Of a stretch of 64,000 nt of DNA, positions 22,387 through 35,299 are shown piece by piece; positions within the stretch are counted from its first letter, which is position 1, and every line of letters starts with the position of its first letter. The notes under the pieces are model-generated. The model was not told the DNA's origin. It worked only from the letters and a program-made list of their open reading frames with translations, and did no database searches. A program made the position numbers and the translations under genes. The stretch is from Selaginella moellendorffii (lineage: Eukaryota > Plantae > Lycopodiophyta). The stretch lies in contig NW_003314306.1 in the NCBI RefSeq assembly GCF_000143415.4, forward strand, positions 838,897-902,896. The letters run 5' to 3'.

Positions 22387-23351
22387 TGTCAAGACCCCCA
22401 ACAAGATCAAGACTGGAAAATGCAAAACACAAAGAGAAAAGCTAGTGGAAACAAAGAAAAGGCCTTAGACTAGTGTTGATTCAGATTGTGGAGAAATGGA
22501 ACAAGGCTAACCTATATATACTATAGGTTGATGAAGCTCCACCACTCTTGGATCAAGGACGGCCTAAATATAGCTGAGGTCGAGGAGGCGCCACATCATC
22601 ATCAGGAATGTGGCTCAAGACTCAGGAATCATACAGGAAATCAGAGAGTTAGGAATAGAGAAGGGTCTCGAGAGTCAGGAATAGGGAAGTGTCTCGAGAA
22701 TCAGGAATGTGGTCTGCAGGTCAGGAATCCAGCGAGATTCAGGAATGTGGTATAAATTGGGGGATTCCTGACAGCACCCCCTCCTCAAGAATGAGTGGAA
22801 CGAGGACATGAATGAGAGCGAAGAGGAGGATGAGATGGGTAGCGAGGGATGGGAGATGGAAAAAAAGAATGAGGACTGGGACGAGAAGTATAGTGGCGGT
22901 GGAAATCCTAAACAAGGTCAGGAGAATGAATCAGGTTGTTCGCAAGTTCCCAAGTGCGTTCTTCAGGTCCATAACCCTTCCAGTCAACCAGATAATAGAG
23001 TTTAGACCGTGAGATCTTGGAATCAAGGATGTCCTGAACCTCGTACTCAGACCCATCCTTGACCTGCACTGGTGGAGGCGGAGGAATGACCCGATTTGGA
23101 ATAGGATTGAGAATATAAGGCTCAAGGAGAGAGGAGTGAAAAACGGGGTGAATTTGATAGGAGGGAAGTGCAAGGCGATAAGGAACAGGATTAATGATAG
23201 CAGTGATAGGAAAAGGACCGAGGTGTTTGAAATCGAGTTTGGGACATAGCCTAGTGGTGGAGATATTTCGCCTGAGGAGCCAGACTTTATCCCCAATATT
23301 GTAAGGGGGACAATCCTAACGATGGGCATTGGCAAATGTTTTGTGAGATTC

Positions 23352-24641
23352 CTAAGCACGATGGAGGTGGAAGGAGATGGAGTTGTGGATTTCCTGGAGG
23401 TTGGAGACAAATGTCTCAGAGCGGGGATTTGAATGAGAGGATTCAGATGGAGAAGGAAGTGAGAGATTAAATCGGGGATTTCGGCCAGAGTTCGCAAAGA
23501 AGAGGGAAACTCGAAGAGAGGAGTGAACAGAGTTGTTATAGGAGAACTCAGCAAGGGGAAGGATATTGAACCAGTTATCCTGATGATAGTTGATGAAGCA
23601 CCTCAGGAATTGTTCTAACGTCTGAATCGTTCGCTCGGACTGTCCATCAGTTTGAGGATGATACGCCAAAGAGAGGTTGGCCTTCACTCCAAGCAGCTGC
23701 AAAAACCGTTGCCAGAAATGAGAGATGAACTGAGGTCCTCGATCTGAAACCACATATGTAGGAATCCCATGAAGTCGGAAAATTTCCCTGAATACCAGTT
23801 TTGCCATGTCCTCGCCCGAAAACTCCTTGGTACACGGCAGGAAGTGCGCCATCTTTGTGAAGTGATCCACCACGATTAAAATGCTGTTGAAGCCTTCAGA
23901 ACTCGGAAGATCACTCAAGAAATCCATGGAGATGGATTCCCAAGGACCTGAAGGGACCGGGAGGGAACGAAGCAAACCTGAAGGAAGGTGGCGAGGTACC
24001 TTAAATCGGGTGCAAGTGTCACAGGAGGTAACAAAAGTTTTGATGTAGTCGTCCATGTGAGGCCACCAAAAGTCCCATACAACCAGCTTATAGGTCTTTG
24101 CGATACTGAAGTGACCAGCAGCCGGGCTATTGTGGCACGCCATCAGGACCAACCTTCGAGCATCACCTTCAGGAACATAAAGCTGCTCCCCATGGTACAA
24201 CAAGCCATCTAAGAACTCGAACTCGTCAAATCGCCCGCAGTCGAGAGTCATTGGGTGTCTAGCCTGAAGATGGGGGAAAATGTCACTGGCAAGGTCATCG
24301 GATTGAAGATCGTTTCTGATTGCATCCATCAAGGAGGAGTCTTGAGGGGCCAGGGAAATTGCCATAACTTGAAGCCAATCAGAACCGAGGATAACTTGAT
24401 CCTGTTGATCGAAGGCAGGATTACCAGGCCTGAGACTAAGATAGAAGCACTTTGAAAGAGCATCAGGAAGGCCTTGAAGCTTTCCAGGTCTGTACTTGAT
24501 AACAAAGTCAAACCGACTCAAGAATTGTGCCCACTTTGCTTGACGACGGCTCAAAACTCGGGAAGTGGCAAAGTACTCGAGATTTTGTGATCTGTCCAGA
24601 CTGTTGTTTGATGGCTCGCCCCCTCCAAGAAACAGTGCCAC
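23352..24641 (-). CDS. Integrase fragment of the chromovirus
   Basis: HHCC zinc finger, [23 protein letters not shown]. Confidence 0.9.
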   Translation of the reverse strand: MALFLGGGEPSNNSLDRSQNLEYFATSRVLSRRQAKWAQFLSRFDFVIKYRPGKLQGLPDALSKCFYLSLRPGNPAFDQQDQVILGSDWLQVMAISLAPQDSSLMDAIRNDLQSDDLASDIFPHLQARHPMTLDCGRFDEFEFLDGLLYHGEQLYVPEGDARRLVLMACHNSPAAGHFSIAKTYKLVVWDFWWPHMDDYIKTFVTSCDTCTRFKVPRHLPSGLLRSLPVPSGPWESISMDFLSDLPSSEGFNSILIVVDHFTKMAHFLPCTKEFSGEDMAKLVFREIFRLHGIPTYVVSDRGPQFISHFWQRFLQLLGVKANLSLAYHPQTDGQSERTIQTLEQFLRCFINYHQDNWFNILPLAEFSYNNSVHSSLRVSLFFANSGRNPRFNLSLPSPSESSHSNPRSETFVSNLQEIHNSISFHLHRA

Positions 24642-24688
24642 TCTCCAAAGGAATCCACGATGGCAAGGAGCTCCTTGTCGTGGATTTC

Positions 24689-25642
24689 TTAATTGATCTC
24701 ATTAGGCTGGAATTTCCGAGAATGGAAAGCGACCAGATGAAGTTCATGATCCGCTCCAAGTTGAGAAAGCACAGCACCGATGGCAAAGTCGGAGGCGTCA
24801 GCCTCGATGAAGAAAGGTTGTGAGGGATCAGCATGGATCAAGACGGGAGCAGAACTTAAGGCCGCCTTGAGTGTGTCGAAGGCCTGCTGGGCAGCAGCAG
24901 ACCAAGAGAAGGGAACATCCTTGTGAGTGAGATGCGTGAGAGGAAGGACAATATTAGAGTAGTGATCAATGAATTTGCGGTAGAAGTTGGCGAAGCCAAG
25001 GAAAACCTGAACGTCCGACATTGATTGTGGAGGCTCCCATTCGAGAATAGTCTTGACTTTGGCAGGATCCATCGTGATACCCTCAGGAGTGACAATGTAC
25101 CCAAGGAACTCCACAAACTGCTGATTGAAAGAACATTTCTCAAGCTTCGCGTATAGGCCGTGTTCTCGCAGCTTTGCCAGCACCTTGCGTACATGTTCGT
25201 CATGCTCCTCCGGAGTTTTTGAGTAGATGAGGATGTCATCGAGGTAGACAATCACCATCTGATCAAGAAACTCCCGAAAGACGTCGTTCGCCATGTGTTG
25301 GAAAACTGCTGGAGCATTTGTCAAGCCAAATGGCATGACAGTGTACTCGAAGTGGCCATAGCGGGTTCGGAACGCAGTCTTCCATCCATCACCAGGCCGG
25401 ATCTGGATCAGGTTGTATGCTCCACAGAGGTCGATCTTGGTGAAGAAGTGGGCACCGCCGAGGCATTCCAATAGGTCCGAGATCAGGGGCAACGGATAAC
25501 GGTTCCGAACAGTCACCTTGTTCAAACCTCGGTAGTCAATGACTAGCCGCAAATTGCCATCCTTCTTCTTGACAAAGAAGATAGGCGCTCCAGTCGGGGA
25601 CTGCGAATGTTGAATGTACCCCGAGGCAAGGTTCTCATCCAC
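24689..25642 (-). CDS. Reverse transcriptase/RNase H fragment of the chromovirus
   Basis: VMPFGLTNAPAVFQ, VYLDDILIYS. Confidence 0.9.
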   Translation of the reverse strand: MDENLASGYIQHSQSPTGAPIFFVKKKDGNLRLVIDYRGLNKVTVRNRYPLPLISDLLECLGGAHFFTKIDLCGAYNLIQIRPGDGWKTAFRTRYGHFEYTVMPFGLTNAPAVFQHMANDVFREFLDQMVIVYLDDILIYSKTPEEHDEHVRKVLAKLREHGLYAKLEKCSFNQQFVEFLGYIVTPEGITMDPAKVKTILEWEPPQSMSDVQVFLGFANFYRKFIDHYSNIVLPLTHLTHKDVPFSWSAAAQQAFDTLKAALSSAPVLIHADPSQPFFIEADASDFAIGAVLSQLGADHELHLVAFHSRKFQPNEIN

Positions 25643-27981
25643 GTACTCTTTGAGGGCCTTAAGCTCAGACGGGGATAACCCGTAGATAAGCCCCCATGGA
25701 GGTGATGCTCCTTCCTATAAATCAATGGGACAGTCATAAGGCCGATGAATAGGCAGTACACTAACTTTTTTCTTGTCAAACACATCCCCAAAATCACAAT
25801 ACTTCTTAGGAAGACTGACAGGAGAAACATGCAAAGCAAAAAGGAAAATAAGTTCTTCATGAAGGAATTCTTTCATAGTGATTGTGGAAATAGGAGGAGG
25901 CGTACAACTAAATGGAATGATGAGACGAGGATACTATCCAGTGTAAGATGGAAGAGAGGAAAAAGAAGAGGGTGAAAACTTCGTAGAGTCAAGAACAAAA
26001 CCCCGATTTGAGTTTAGGGAACTTTTCCTGATTCGGACTTGATGGGAAGCTGTGGGAGATGGTGATGTGGGAGAGATGAGCTGTAATTCCTTCCAACAGA
26101 TCTAAGGCTAATGTAGTTGGAACCAAGGAAGACCGAGCACCACAGAGGAGGACTTGCTGTTGATGATGTTGAAGGCGATATCGGTGACGGTGGACCCGAT
26201 GTGTACTCGAACAGGCAACGTTTCCCTAAGTCCAGAAGATGGTGACACAAAATGCCCGCCGATGCCTTCAACCCTCAGATCCCGTATGGTAGGAGAAAGA
26301 GGAATGTGATGTCGGGCAGCAAAGTCTGTGTCCATGAAGCAGAAAGTTGCACCCGAGTCCAGTAGCACCCGAGTCCAGTAGCACCAGAGCCTTGAGTCCT
26401 GATTGTTCGGTGAAAGAAATGAGACATGGGATGCGGAAGTTGCGGGAATTTGTGGTGGCTTTGATGAAAGGTGGTGAGGAGCTTGATAAAGAAGAAAAGT
26501 GATTTTTATTCGGGGAGTCCAAACAGACAGCTCCTACTCTATTTGGACAGGGTCGTTTCCCGACTGCAACAAAGGTGGATTTTGAGGCAGAGTGAACTCG
26601 AGCAGTCGGGGAGGCTTCTTGGGACACATAGCTACTTTGTGATTCGGATCAGCACAGTAGAGGCAAAGATTATGAGATATTCGACGTTGCTTCTCACCAG
26701 GACTCAACTTCCCTTTGATGAGTCGGGGAGTACCAGAGATATCCATCGGGACCGGAGCAGTAGGTTCAGGAGTATGCCCCGAAGACTCAAGCTGGGATTC
26801 CTGAGTCTGAGATGGAAAAACAGTGGCGCGGCGACTTTCTTGACGACGCTCAAAGAGACAATTGTCACATCGAATAGCTTTGTTGATGGCGTCTGACAGG
26901 TCCTTGGGATCCTCCATGGTGAGCAATAAATCCTTGACACTGTTGTTGAGGCCGAAACGAAATTGGTCAATCAGGGCCCGCTCATCCCACTGAGTGTCCA
27001 AGGCAAGGAGTTGGAACTTTGCAGCATAGATTGAGGCAGGACGAGACCCTTGAGAGAGACGTCTCATCTTTGTGGTAGCAGCCTGAACCCGATCCATCTC
27101 GCCAAAACATGCTTCGAGCTTCTCTTTGAACAATTGAAGATCCATCAGCTCCGAAACCACGACCCCTTTCATGCTCTTCTCCAGAAGGGGAGAAAACCAT
27201 GACAAGCTGCACCTTTGAGCAACGTCCCAATCGCACCAATTTGAGACTCGGGAGTGGGGTACCGTAGATGTTGAAGTGCAAAGATCAACTCCATCTAGTT
27301 CAGGAATCCGCGAAGCTCCAAACGCTTGCCTGAAAATTTCGCCGGGAAACTCACCTTTGGTTCAGGAACCTTGCTGGATCCTTGAGCCGAAAGTGAGGCA
27401 AGCTCCTGTTGCATGCGAAGAAGGGTCGCCTTCAGCTCAATATTCTTAGATTGGATTTTTGCAAGGACTTCGGCAAAGAAATCAGGATGGCTTGGAGACT
27501 CCATCGGCAGAAAGAAAGAAAAAGGGGGAAAAAAAGGCAAAGGCAGTCAAACAATCAAAATGAGCTAATGGAAAAAACACAATCTGAATCAAACTGTCAA
27601 GACCCCCAACAAAATCAAGACTGGAAAATGCAAAAGACAAAGAGAAAAACTAGTGGAAACAAAGAAAAAGCCTTAGACTGGTGTTGATTCAAATTGTGGA
27701 GAAATGGAACAAGGCTAACCTATATATACTATAAGTTGATGAAGCTCCACCACTCTTGGATCGAGGATGGCCTAAATATAGCTGAGGTCGAGGAGGCACC
27801 ACATCATCATCAAGAATGTGGCTCAAGACTCAGGAATCATATAGGAAATCAGAGAGTCAGGAATAGGGAAGAGTCTTGAGAGTCAGGAATAGGGAAGTGT
27901 CTCGAGAATCAGGAATGTGGTCTGCAGGTCAGGAATCCAGCGAGATTCAGGAATGTGGTATAAATTGGGGGATTCTTGACA

Positions 27982-28095
27982 AATACTCCCTCTGGAGTCA
28001 ATTGTAATTTCTCGTCTGTTTGAGTTGGTGGCATTTGATCTTATGGGACCTTTTCCATGATCGATTGTTGGCAATGAGTATGTTATTATTGCAAG
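27982..28095 (+). pseudogene. Host gypsy integrase remnant
   Basis: FELVAFDLMGPFP; homologous to 31370-31430. Confidence 0.65.
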
Positions 28096-28129
28096 AATTT
28101 TTTAGGGAGAATCCCACTAGCTGTTATAA

Positions 28130-28345
28130 TTGACATAGATATGGAGCTACAGTTATGAGATCCAAGCGAAGCTGAACAAGCTCCTGTTGGCAATGAAAGA
28201 GCAAGGATATGTTGCAGATGTGGGGAGAGGCTTGCCATCTTATTTGCTGGGGACAACAGTCTGGATCGTGAAGAATTTGAGAACTTGTGACAACACTCTT
28301 AGAGCGGTTTGCTTGATCTCTCAGATAAAAGAGCAGCACCACCAT
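28130..28345 (+). pseudogene. DYW-domain PPR gene fragment
   Basis: EIQAKLNKLLLAMKEQGYVAD...VWIVKNLRTCDN...LISQIK resembles a DYW domain with internal deletions. Confidence 0.6.
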
Positions 28346-29162
28346 CACAAGCTTTCGTTGACGATGATTCAGAGGCTTGGTAAGTTGCTTTGTGAATGAA
28401 GAAGAGTGTTTTTGTTGCCCCGTACTTAAGCTTGCATATGTTATTTGATAACAAGCTACTATAAAACTTTTTTATCACCGAGAAACCTTAGTCTTTGTAT
28501 AAGTATGATTTGTTTTGCTGCTATGGTAAAGTTAGAGAGGTATCATCGTTGCTCATAGCTTTTGCTGTTTTCCTCCTTTTAACCCTGGTTATACTCTAGC
28601 ATAAAAGGTAATTTAAAGGAGCTAATGTTTGGCAATCTGCTCAAGGAGATGAAGCTATCCAATTATCGTCAAGATAAAGGTGCATAACAAAAACAAGGCA
28701 AAGCTAGTGATGAACCCAAACCAGGATGAGTAATGCAGCAAATCTGATCTAATAGGTGACTAAAGTGGTGCTTGGAATGTTGAATGCTAGGGTACCAGGC
28801 CACAAGATAAAGAAGGAGAACTCGAGAGCATGTGAATCCACACTAAAAAATATTGTTCTCGTTTTATTAAAAGGAGGTATTGATCCTTTAACTTATGGCT
28901 TATGGGGCCAATTTGAATTTACTTGAAGCACAAGCAAGATAAACTTGATAGGCTTCTCAAGGAGAATCTTGTCCTCCTTCCCAATTCAAGACAGAACTAG
29001 CTAAAAACCATGGAGAAGAAAGATAGAAAAAGCCTTAGTAGCTTTGTTGGAGTTTTTTCCAGAATCTCTTGCCAAGTTGAGTCAGCTTGACAGTAAGTTT
29101 TTGGCAGCCAGCAGTATTAACGTTTGGACTCCATTGACACAAATAAGGGATAGTTTAAGATA

Positions 29163-32100
29163 TGTGAGGTCCAAGTGTATGGCTATGATGCCATATACTA
29201 ATATTAGCATAATGAGATTTTGGTAGCCATCGGATTAATTTCAATTCGGACCATTTTCTCTTGTATATAAACTAGGGTTTTTGGGCTAATTGATATGTAT
29301 ATTCTTTATATTCTTTTTCCATATTCCATGCACTCACATTGGTGGAGGTGAGGGGTAGCTTTAATTGTCTCTGAGGAGTTCTAGGATTTAAGATTTTGGT
29401 TTAGATCTAACTTTTTCATTGTCTAGATCTCCCTTTTCTTATTGCTTTTCTCAACTTCTTCTCTTTTACTCTTTCCTTTTCATCCGTCTTCATGGCAGAG
29501 TAACATCCTCCTCCTCCTTTGACTCAATAGCAGCAATTAGTGCAATTGCTCGATACTATATGGTTGCAGTTGAACAACCAAACTCAATTGATGGCAACAT
29601 TTATGGCACGTGGTACAACTCCTCCTGCTCTTGCTGCCAATCCTCATGTCTGACTAGAGTTCTTCTATGCAAATCTTGGGGATGATGTGTACCATTGGTT
29701 TGATCATTTCACGGTGATTGCCACATATCATTTTTGGGATGATGTTCAAAGTTTGCATGAGTTTCCCACGTATCTCCAAGGGACGACACTGCAGTGGTAC
29801 AATGATTTGAGCACAGCCACTCGTGAGGATTAGAGCATTCTCCCAGACGTCTTCAAACACACATTTGGACATGTTGATGATTGTGATAATGCCTTCCAAC
29901 AATTGCATCATTTACGTCGAAGGCCATCTAAGTTAGTGATGCAATTTGGTATTCATTTTCGAAGTCTTTTACTTCGTGCAAAGCTAAATATGTGGGAGCG
30001 GATCAAGCTGGGAATGTTGTGGCTAGCACTTTGTCAATATTTGGTAGGACTTGTGCATGCACTTGCTCTAGCCACCCTTAATGATGCCCTTCACTTGGCA
30101 CAATGTTATGAATTGTTATTTCTTCCACTTCTTGTTGCATATCCTTCAACTCCACTTCCTATAGGAGATGGTCCTATTCCAATGGAAGTTGATGTTGTTG
30201 CTGCCCAAGTTCAAGAATTAGAACAAGGATGTGGTTGTGGCCATGATGTCTATTACTAAGTGTATGATAAAGTTAGTCACACTTATTGGTGTTGTTGGCA
30301 TTTTTCGGATTGGCAATCTCCATTTCTTGGATGGAGACCTTGGCGTCAACAACATCCTGTTGGTGCTACTGCAATGGAAGGTCTAGAAATTGAGATACAT
30401 CCAAAAAATAAAGAGTCGCACAAGTAACAAAGGGACCTTGCTCAAATAAGTTAGTGACCCCTTCATCTTTCTTTCAGGAGTATTATCAAAGTTCACTCGG
30501 CATCAATTCATCTAGCATTTACTTCCAAGCTTGTTTTTATAACAAAAGGTCTCCTATTATTTTTTCTATGTTGATTGATACAGACTTGAGTTTATCTTTT
30601 ATTGCTTGGCTTGTTGCCACACATTGCCATATACATTTGTGTCGTGTAGCAAAGCCAATTTTCATTCTTTATAGCAACAACTATATATGCATAGAATGAG
30701 GTAGACCTAATTGTGCATATAAGCAATCTTGAGCTTGAGTTGCAGTCATTACGAATAGTGCCAAGTCAAACTTTTGACCTCATCCTTGGTATGGATTAGT
30801 TGTGGCATAATCATGACTTTGAGGTTTCTCCCCTTTGTCTCATACTTTTGATATTTTTTCCATTCCTCCACTTTTTTACCTACTTCCATCACTTTTGTCT
30901 TCTCATTACTTCCTCCTGAGATAAGGATTTTGTGCTATCGGCAGTTGCTGTACTTGATATTCAATATCCACAAGGTGCAAAGCAAGATTAACCTCTCTTG
31001 ATGAGGTTTGTGAGGTTCAAAAGATTAAACCATGAATTCAAAGGCTTCATGATAGGTTTGAGAATTTTACATCATTTGCTAATGACTTCTCAATATCACC
31101 TTGAAGACAGTCTTCTTTATTTTCTAAGTATAGATCTTGATGATCATTTACGGTTGGTGGTTTAGTCTTTATTCCACACTTTCTCTATGCCTACCATAAT
31201 TCTCCCATTCTAGGTGGGCATATGGGATATTGTCGTGTGACCAAAAAGTTGTGTAGGTCTTTTTATTAATTGGAGATGATGTGTGTAGTTACGTTTGGTG
31301 GCAGGCTCGTAATACTCCCCCTTGTGTTGCAGAAGGATGGCTGGAGTCAATTTGCAATTTCCTGTCCATTTAAGTTTGTGACATTTGATTTGATGGGACC
31401 TTTTCCACGATCGACTGTTGGCAATGAGTTGTTTTTTACTTTTGATTACTTTTGACTACTTGACTCACTAGGTGGAAGTCGGAGCTCTTGTTAGTATATC
31501 TATAACTGCTGTTTGATACTTCCTCCTCAATCAAGTGGTGTTTTAGCATTCCTGTCTGGAGTGGATTCTTTCATATAATAATCCCACATTTATGGTTGAG
31601 GCATTTCACGTTTTAACATCTTAGTTGGGGATATGCCACATTTTCATGAGTGCTTATCATCCGCAATCAAACAGTTTGGTGAAATGGCTCGTTTGAACTT
31701 TCAAAAGGATAATCACAAAATATATGAACTTTCAGCATTTGAATTGGGATGGTCATTTGTAGTCTCTTCAGTATGTCTATGTCATAGGGGTGCAAAGTTC
31801 TGTTAGTGCTTCACTATATAAACTCCTATATGGTCATGATCCAATATTGCCAATGAAGTTGGGTTTACTTTCGCGATTGCTATGGGTTGCCAATGGTAGG
31901 TCGTGGGATTAGTATTTGACAAGCATTTTTCCACTTGTCAAGTAGAGTCTATTGAACACCTAGGCCATATACAAGTGGGATAACTATGGCACTAGAACTC
32001 CTATCATCGTCTATTTATGGAGTACAAAGTGGATGATTTGGTGTTAGTCTATTTTCCCCATCTTATGGTACATGGTTTATCTAAAGGGCTCCTTGCTCAA

Positions 32101-32507
32101 TAGAAAGGTCTATATTAGATGTTATGGCAAGTTAAACCACAAATTTATGAGGTTTGGTATGACATTTAGTAAGCTGATCTTTTAGAAATTATACATATGT
32201 AGCAATTGAAACACTTTGTACAAAGGAATTAGGAATAATTTGCACCACTTACAAATCCACTAATGCCTCCTCTTAATCTCGACCCATCAATGAGAGAACC
32301 TTAACGGTATTTTATCATTTTGAGAGGAGGGGATAATATGAGGTTTATATGTATAGCTACAATGCCATATACTAATATTAGCATAGTGGGATTTTGGTAG
32401 CCATTGAATTGGTTTCAATCCAGACCACTCGCTCTTGTATATATGCTAGGATTTTTAATTGATATGCATACTTTTTGTATTTTATTTCCATATTCCATGC
32501 ACTCATA
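29163..32507 (+). mobile_element. Old, internally deleted gypsy LTR element (same family as the host element at 1-28095)
   Basis: Diverged ~175-bp LTRs at 29163-29338 and 32337-32507. PPT GAGAGGAGGGGA. Gag remnant (PIPMEVD), protease and integrase remnants, no RT seen. 30950-31170 parallels 22140-22386. Confidence 0.75.
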
Positions 32508-33114
32508 AATATAAATTATTAATTTCTATTAATAGAATCCTATCTATAGTGATGAAGTATGACTTATTATTAAGAGATATTTAATTAATATTAATATAAG
32601 TATAAAATAATATAGAAAATTCATCATTAACTAATGAAACATATCTTTTTATATCCAATGGAATATTTCAAAATACTATCTTCAAAAACTTATCTTATTA
32701 AATATTACTAGTTAGTATGAACTTTCATCATTGTCTTTAGTTGGAATCTCCTTTAAGTACTTACTTAACAGTTTCTTTTAAGTCAATAAATGATTTGATT
32801 GAGCATCCAAAATCTAACACTGTTAATACCATCATTTTTGCATTGGAATTAGGCCACTCTTTGATAATTTTAATTATGAATTAACTAATAATAATGAAAT
32901 GTAATGATTATGATAACTCATTGTTTCAATCTAGTGGTAAGTATGAACTCCACATTTAAGGTATTATTCCATGCAGTCTAGTCAGTATGTAGAAAACAAG
33001 TTTAACAAGATTAAAAAAGAAAATCTTGAAGTGCATTAAATATATAATGAAACCCTTGTTTACTTTTACTAATCAATATTTTATAAAATGTTTTCTGGAG
33101 GAAACAAATAAATC

Positions 33115-33117
<3 letters not shown>

Positions 33118-33146
<29 letters not shown>
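33118..33146. repeat. (TA)n microsatellite
   Basis: Direct reading. Confidence 0.9.
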
Positions 33147-33149
<3 letters not shown>

Positions 33150-33246
33150 ATTAAGGGGCTTGAGGGTTTATGGTTAATGTTTTTGCTCCTTTAGTTTTTT
33201 AGATGCTATTTGGATTTCCGCTTGTTTTGTCAGAGGTTTTGGGGCG

Positions 33247-34928
33247 ATGTCGGCTGTGGTTGTGCTACGCAACGGGCAGATGCTCCAAACCTATTCGGAT
33301 CAAGGCCTGACAGTGGGTGACGTACTTGATGATTTGCGCGAGTCGGGGTTTGTGGGGCATCTGGAGGACGAGCACGGCAAGCTCCTCCGCAGGTACGTTC
33401 TTGTTGGAGGCTCTACGTACAACTTCGTAGAGGTGACGCTGGGAAATGGGATTGATTGATCTTCTAATGCATTGAAAATCCGCAGAAGCAAGGGGCAACC
33501 TGGTTTGATGTGCATCTACGAGTACCCTCACCGTCCGCTTTCGCTGCAGACCCTCAAGCTATGATGCGGTATCTGGGCGGTGACGATCCGATATACGATC
33601 TCGGTCGGACATCAGCAGCCATTCCGCTGCCGCTCACAGTTGAGGCGTTCGCACTGTACGTCCAAGGCCTTAAGTTCCGTGTTCTCGACGCATTGGACTG
33701 GAGCTTCGTGTCCAAGGTTATGGGCATGAGTAGATTCTTCGAGAATGAGACGCAGCGGCAGAGTGCATTTCTGGAGTGGACTCAGGATTATCTCAGGGCA
33801 ACATGTGCTGGTGTGCAGTTGAGGTTTACGGAGTCTGTCAAAGGGAAAGGCATGCCGGATATCAAGATCGAGGCCTTGGTCCTGGGAGAGTGGATAACTA
33901 TCTGCATGATAGAGGTGAAGGTAGAGATTGGGGGAGGGGAGCCTTGTGTCGAGCTGGTGAAGTACTACGCCGACTACACAACGCAGCTGTGGCAGAGAAA
34001 CGATTGGTTGTATCAAAACTCCTGCTGTCCGGTGCTGCTGATTGAGGTTGTTGGTCCGCATGTCCGAGTTGGGGGTGCGGTCAGGTACGTGGACAAGCCT
34101 GCTTATCAGCCATTCACCCCGCTTCTTCACGTTTTCAAGTTCGTCCAGGATGCAGACCACCTGAGTATGCTGTCCAGAGCTCTTGGCTCCATTGGTGATG
34201 CGGTGAAGTCTTTGGTGGCGTTTTACGCTGGGGTGACGCGTTCCCTTCCGCCTGTAAGGGCAGCTGAAGTGGAGTGGCCTTATGCGATCACACGTCTGCA
34301 GCAGCAAGGGGCGGTAATTGTTCAGACCACGCTTTCACGGAGCTTCCTCCGTGCGATGAACAAGCAACTCCTGTTTGGCGTGGAACTGAAGGGAAACCGC
34401 CGCATCGTCAAGTTCTGCCAACGTTACGGAACTGCGATCCATCAGCAGTGGGCAGCTGAAGGCTTTGCTCCTTCCTTCACGTGCCACGCACTTGCTGGTG
34501 GCTGGTTGATGATCGACATGGAGCTGTGCTCGCAGGACGATGGCTGGGTATCACTTATGGCCTTGGATCCCAACAGTTGGAGTGTAGGAGACAACGCAGC
34601 TAATGAGTATCGTCTGCAGCCAGAGGAGTGGGAAGTTTGCAAACAGAAGGTGGTAGAGGCATACAGGACTCTGTGGCTCAAGTTTCCAGGGGTTGTGCAC
34701 GGAGATCTGCGAAAGGCCAACATTATGTACAATGTCTCAAGCAAGCACGTAGCTTTTCTGGACTTCGACTGGGCAGGGATCGAAGGACAGGAGAAGTACC
34801 CGCTGCTGATTAACACCCTCATGCAATGGCCTGAGGGCGTTGGTCCGTGTAAACCCATGAAAGCGGAACACGACCGGCAATTGCTTGCTACTGAGCTGGG
34901 GGTGAAGCCTGACGACATTGTCGCCTAA
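33247..34928 (+). CDS. Crinkler-like protein: short N-terminal header, PD-(D/E)xK nuclease-like domain and atypical protein kinase (~542 aa)
   Basis: join(33247..33432,33486..34928) via a 53-nt GT-AG intron that keeps frame. PD..IEVK and CCPVLLIEVVGP motifs; kinase motifs IVKF, VHGDLRKANI, FLDFDWAG. Confidence 0.8.
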
Positions 34929-35299
34929 GAGACTGCCTGTGCTCGCGACACGCGACCTTTTGTTTTTTTTTTTTCTATTTTTCTTTTCTTTTGTTTTTTT
35001 TTCAGTTTGAAGTTTTCAAGCTCAAGAACAAATGCAGAATGGGATGAGAGCTCCACTTGTCGGATCCAACATGCAAAGAAAAACCAACAGGAGTCGTTGT
35101 GCAAAATCCATTCTACTGGGGCATAATTCGAAATGCTTTTATATGAATTCGTCTTTACAATGGGTATTTGCAAGTAGACATTGTCCACATTGCTCTGATT
35201 TGTTACACCAGGGTTGAAATAGTCCATCATCTTTTAGAGATATATTAACTACAGTACGCTGCTCTGCTGTGGCATAAATGAGGTAGTGGATCGTGTGCT

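Larger units (their letters stand above)
22387..27981 (-). mobile_element. Ty3/gypsy chromovirus (Tf1/Tcn1-like), full structure, frameshifted
   Basis: 387-bp LTRs at 22387-22773 and 27595-27981. Gag 26534-27540 with CLYCADPNH knuckle; protease LLDSGAT; RT YLDD 24689-25642; RNase H EADASDFAIG; integrase 23352-24641; chromodomain YLVDWKGYGPEERTWE near 22950. Confidence 0.93.
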
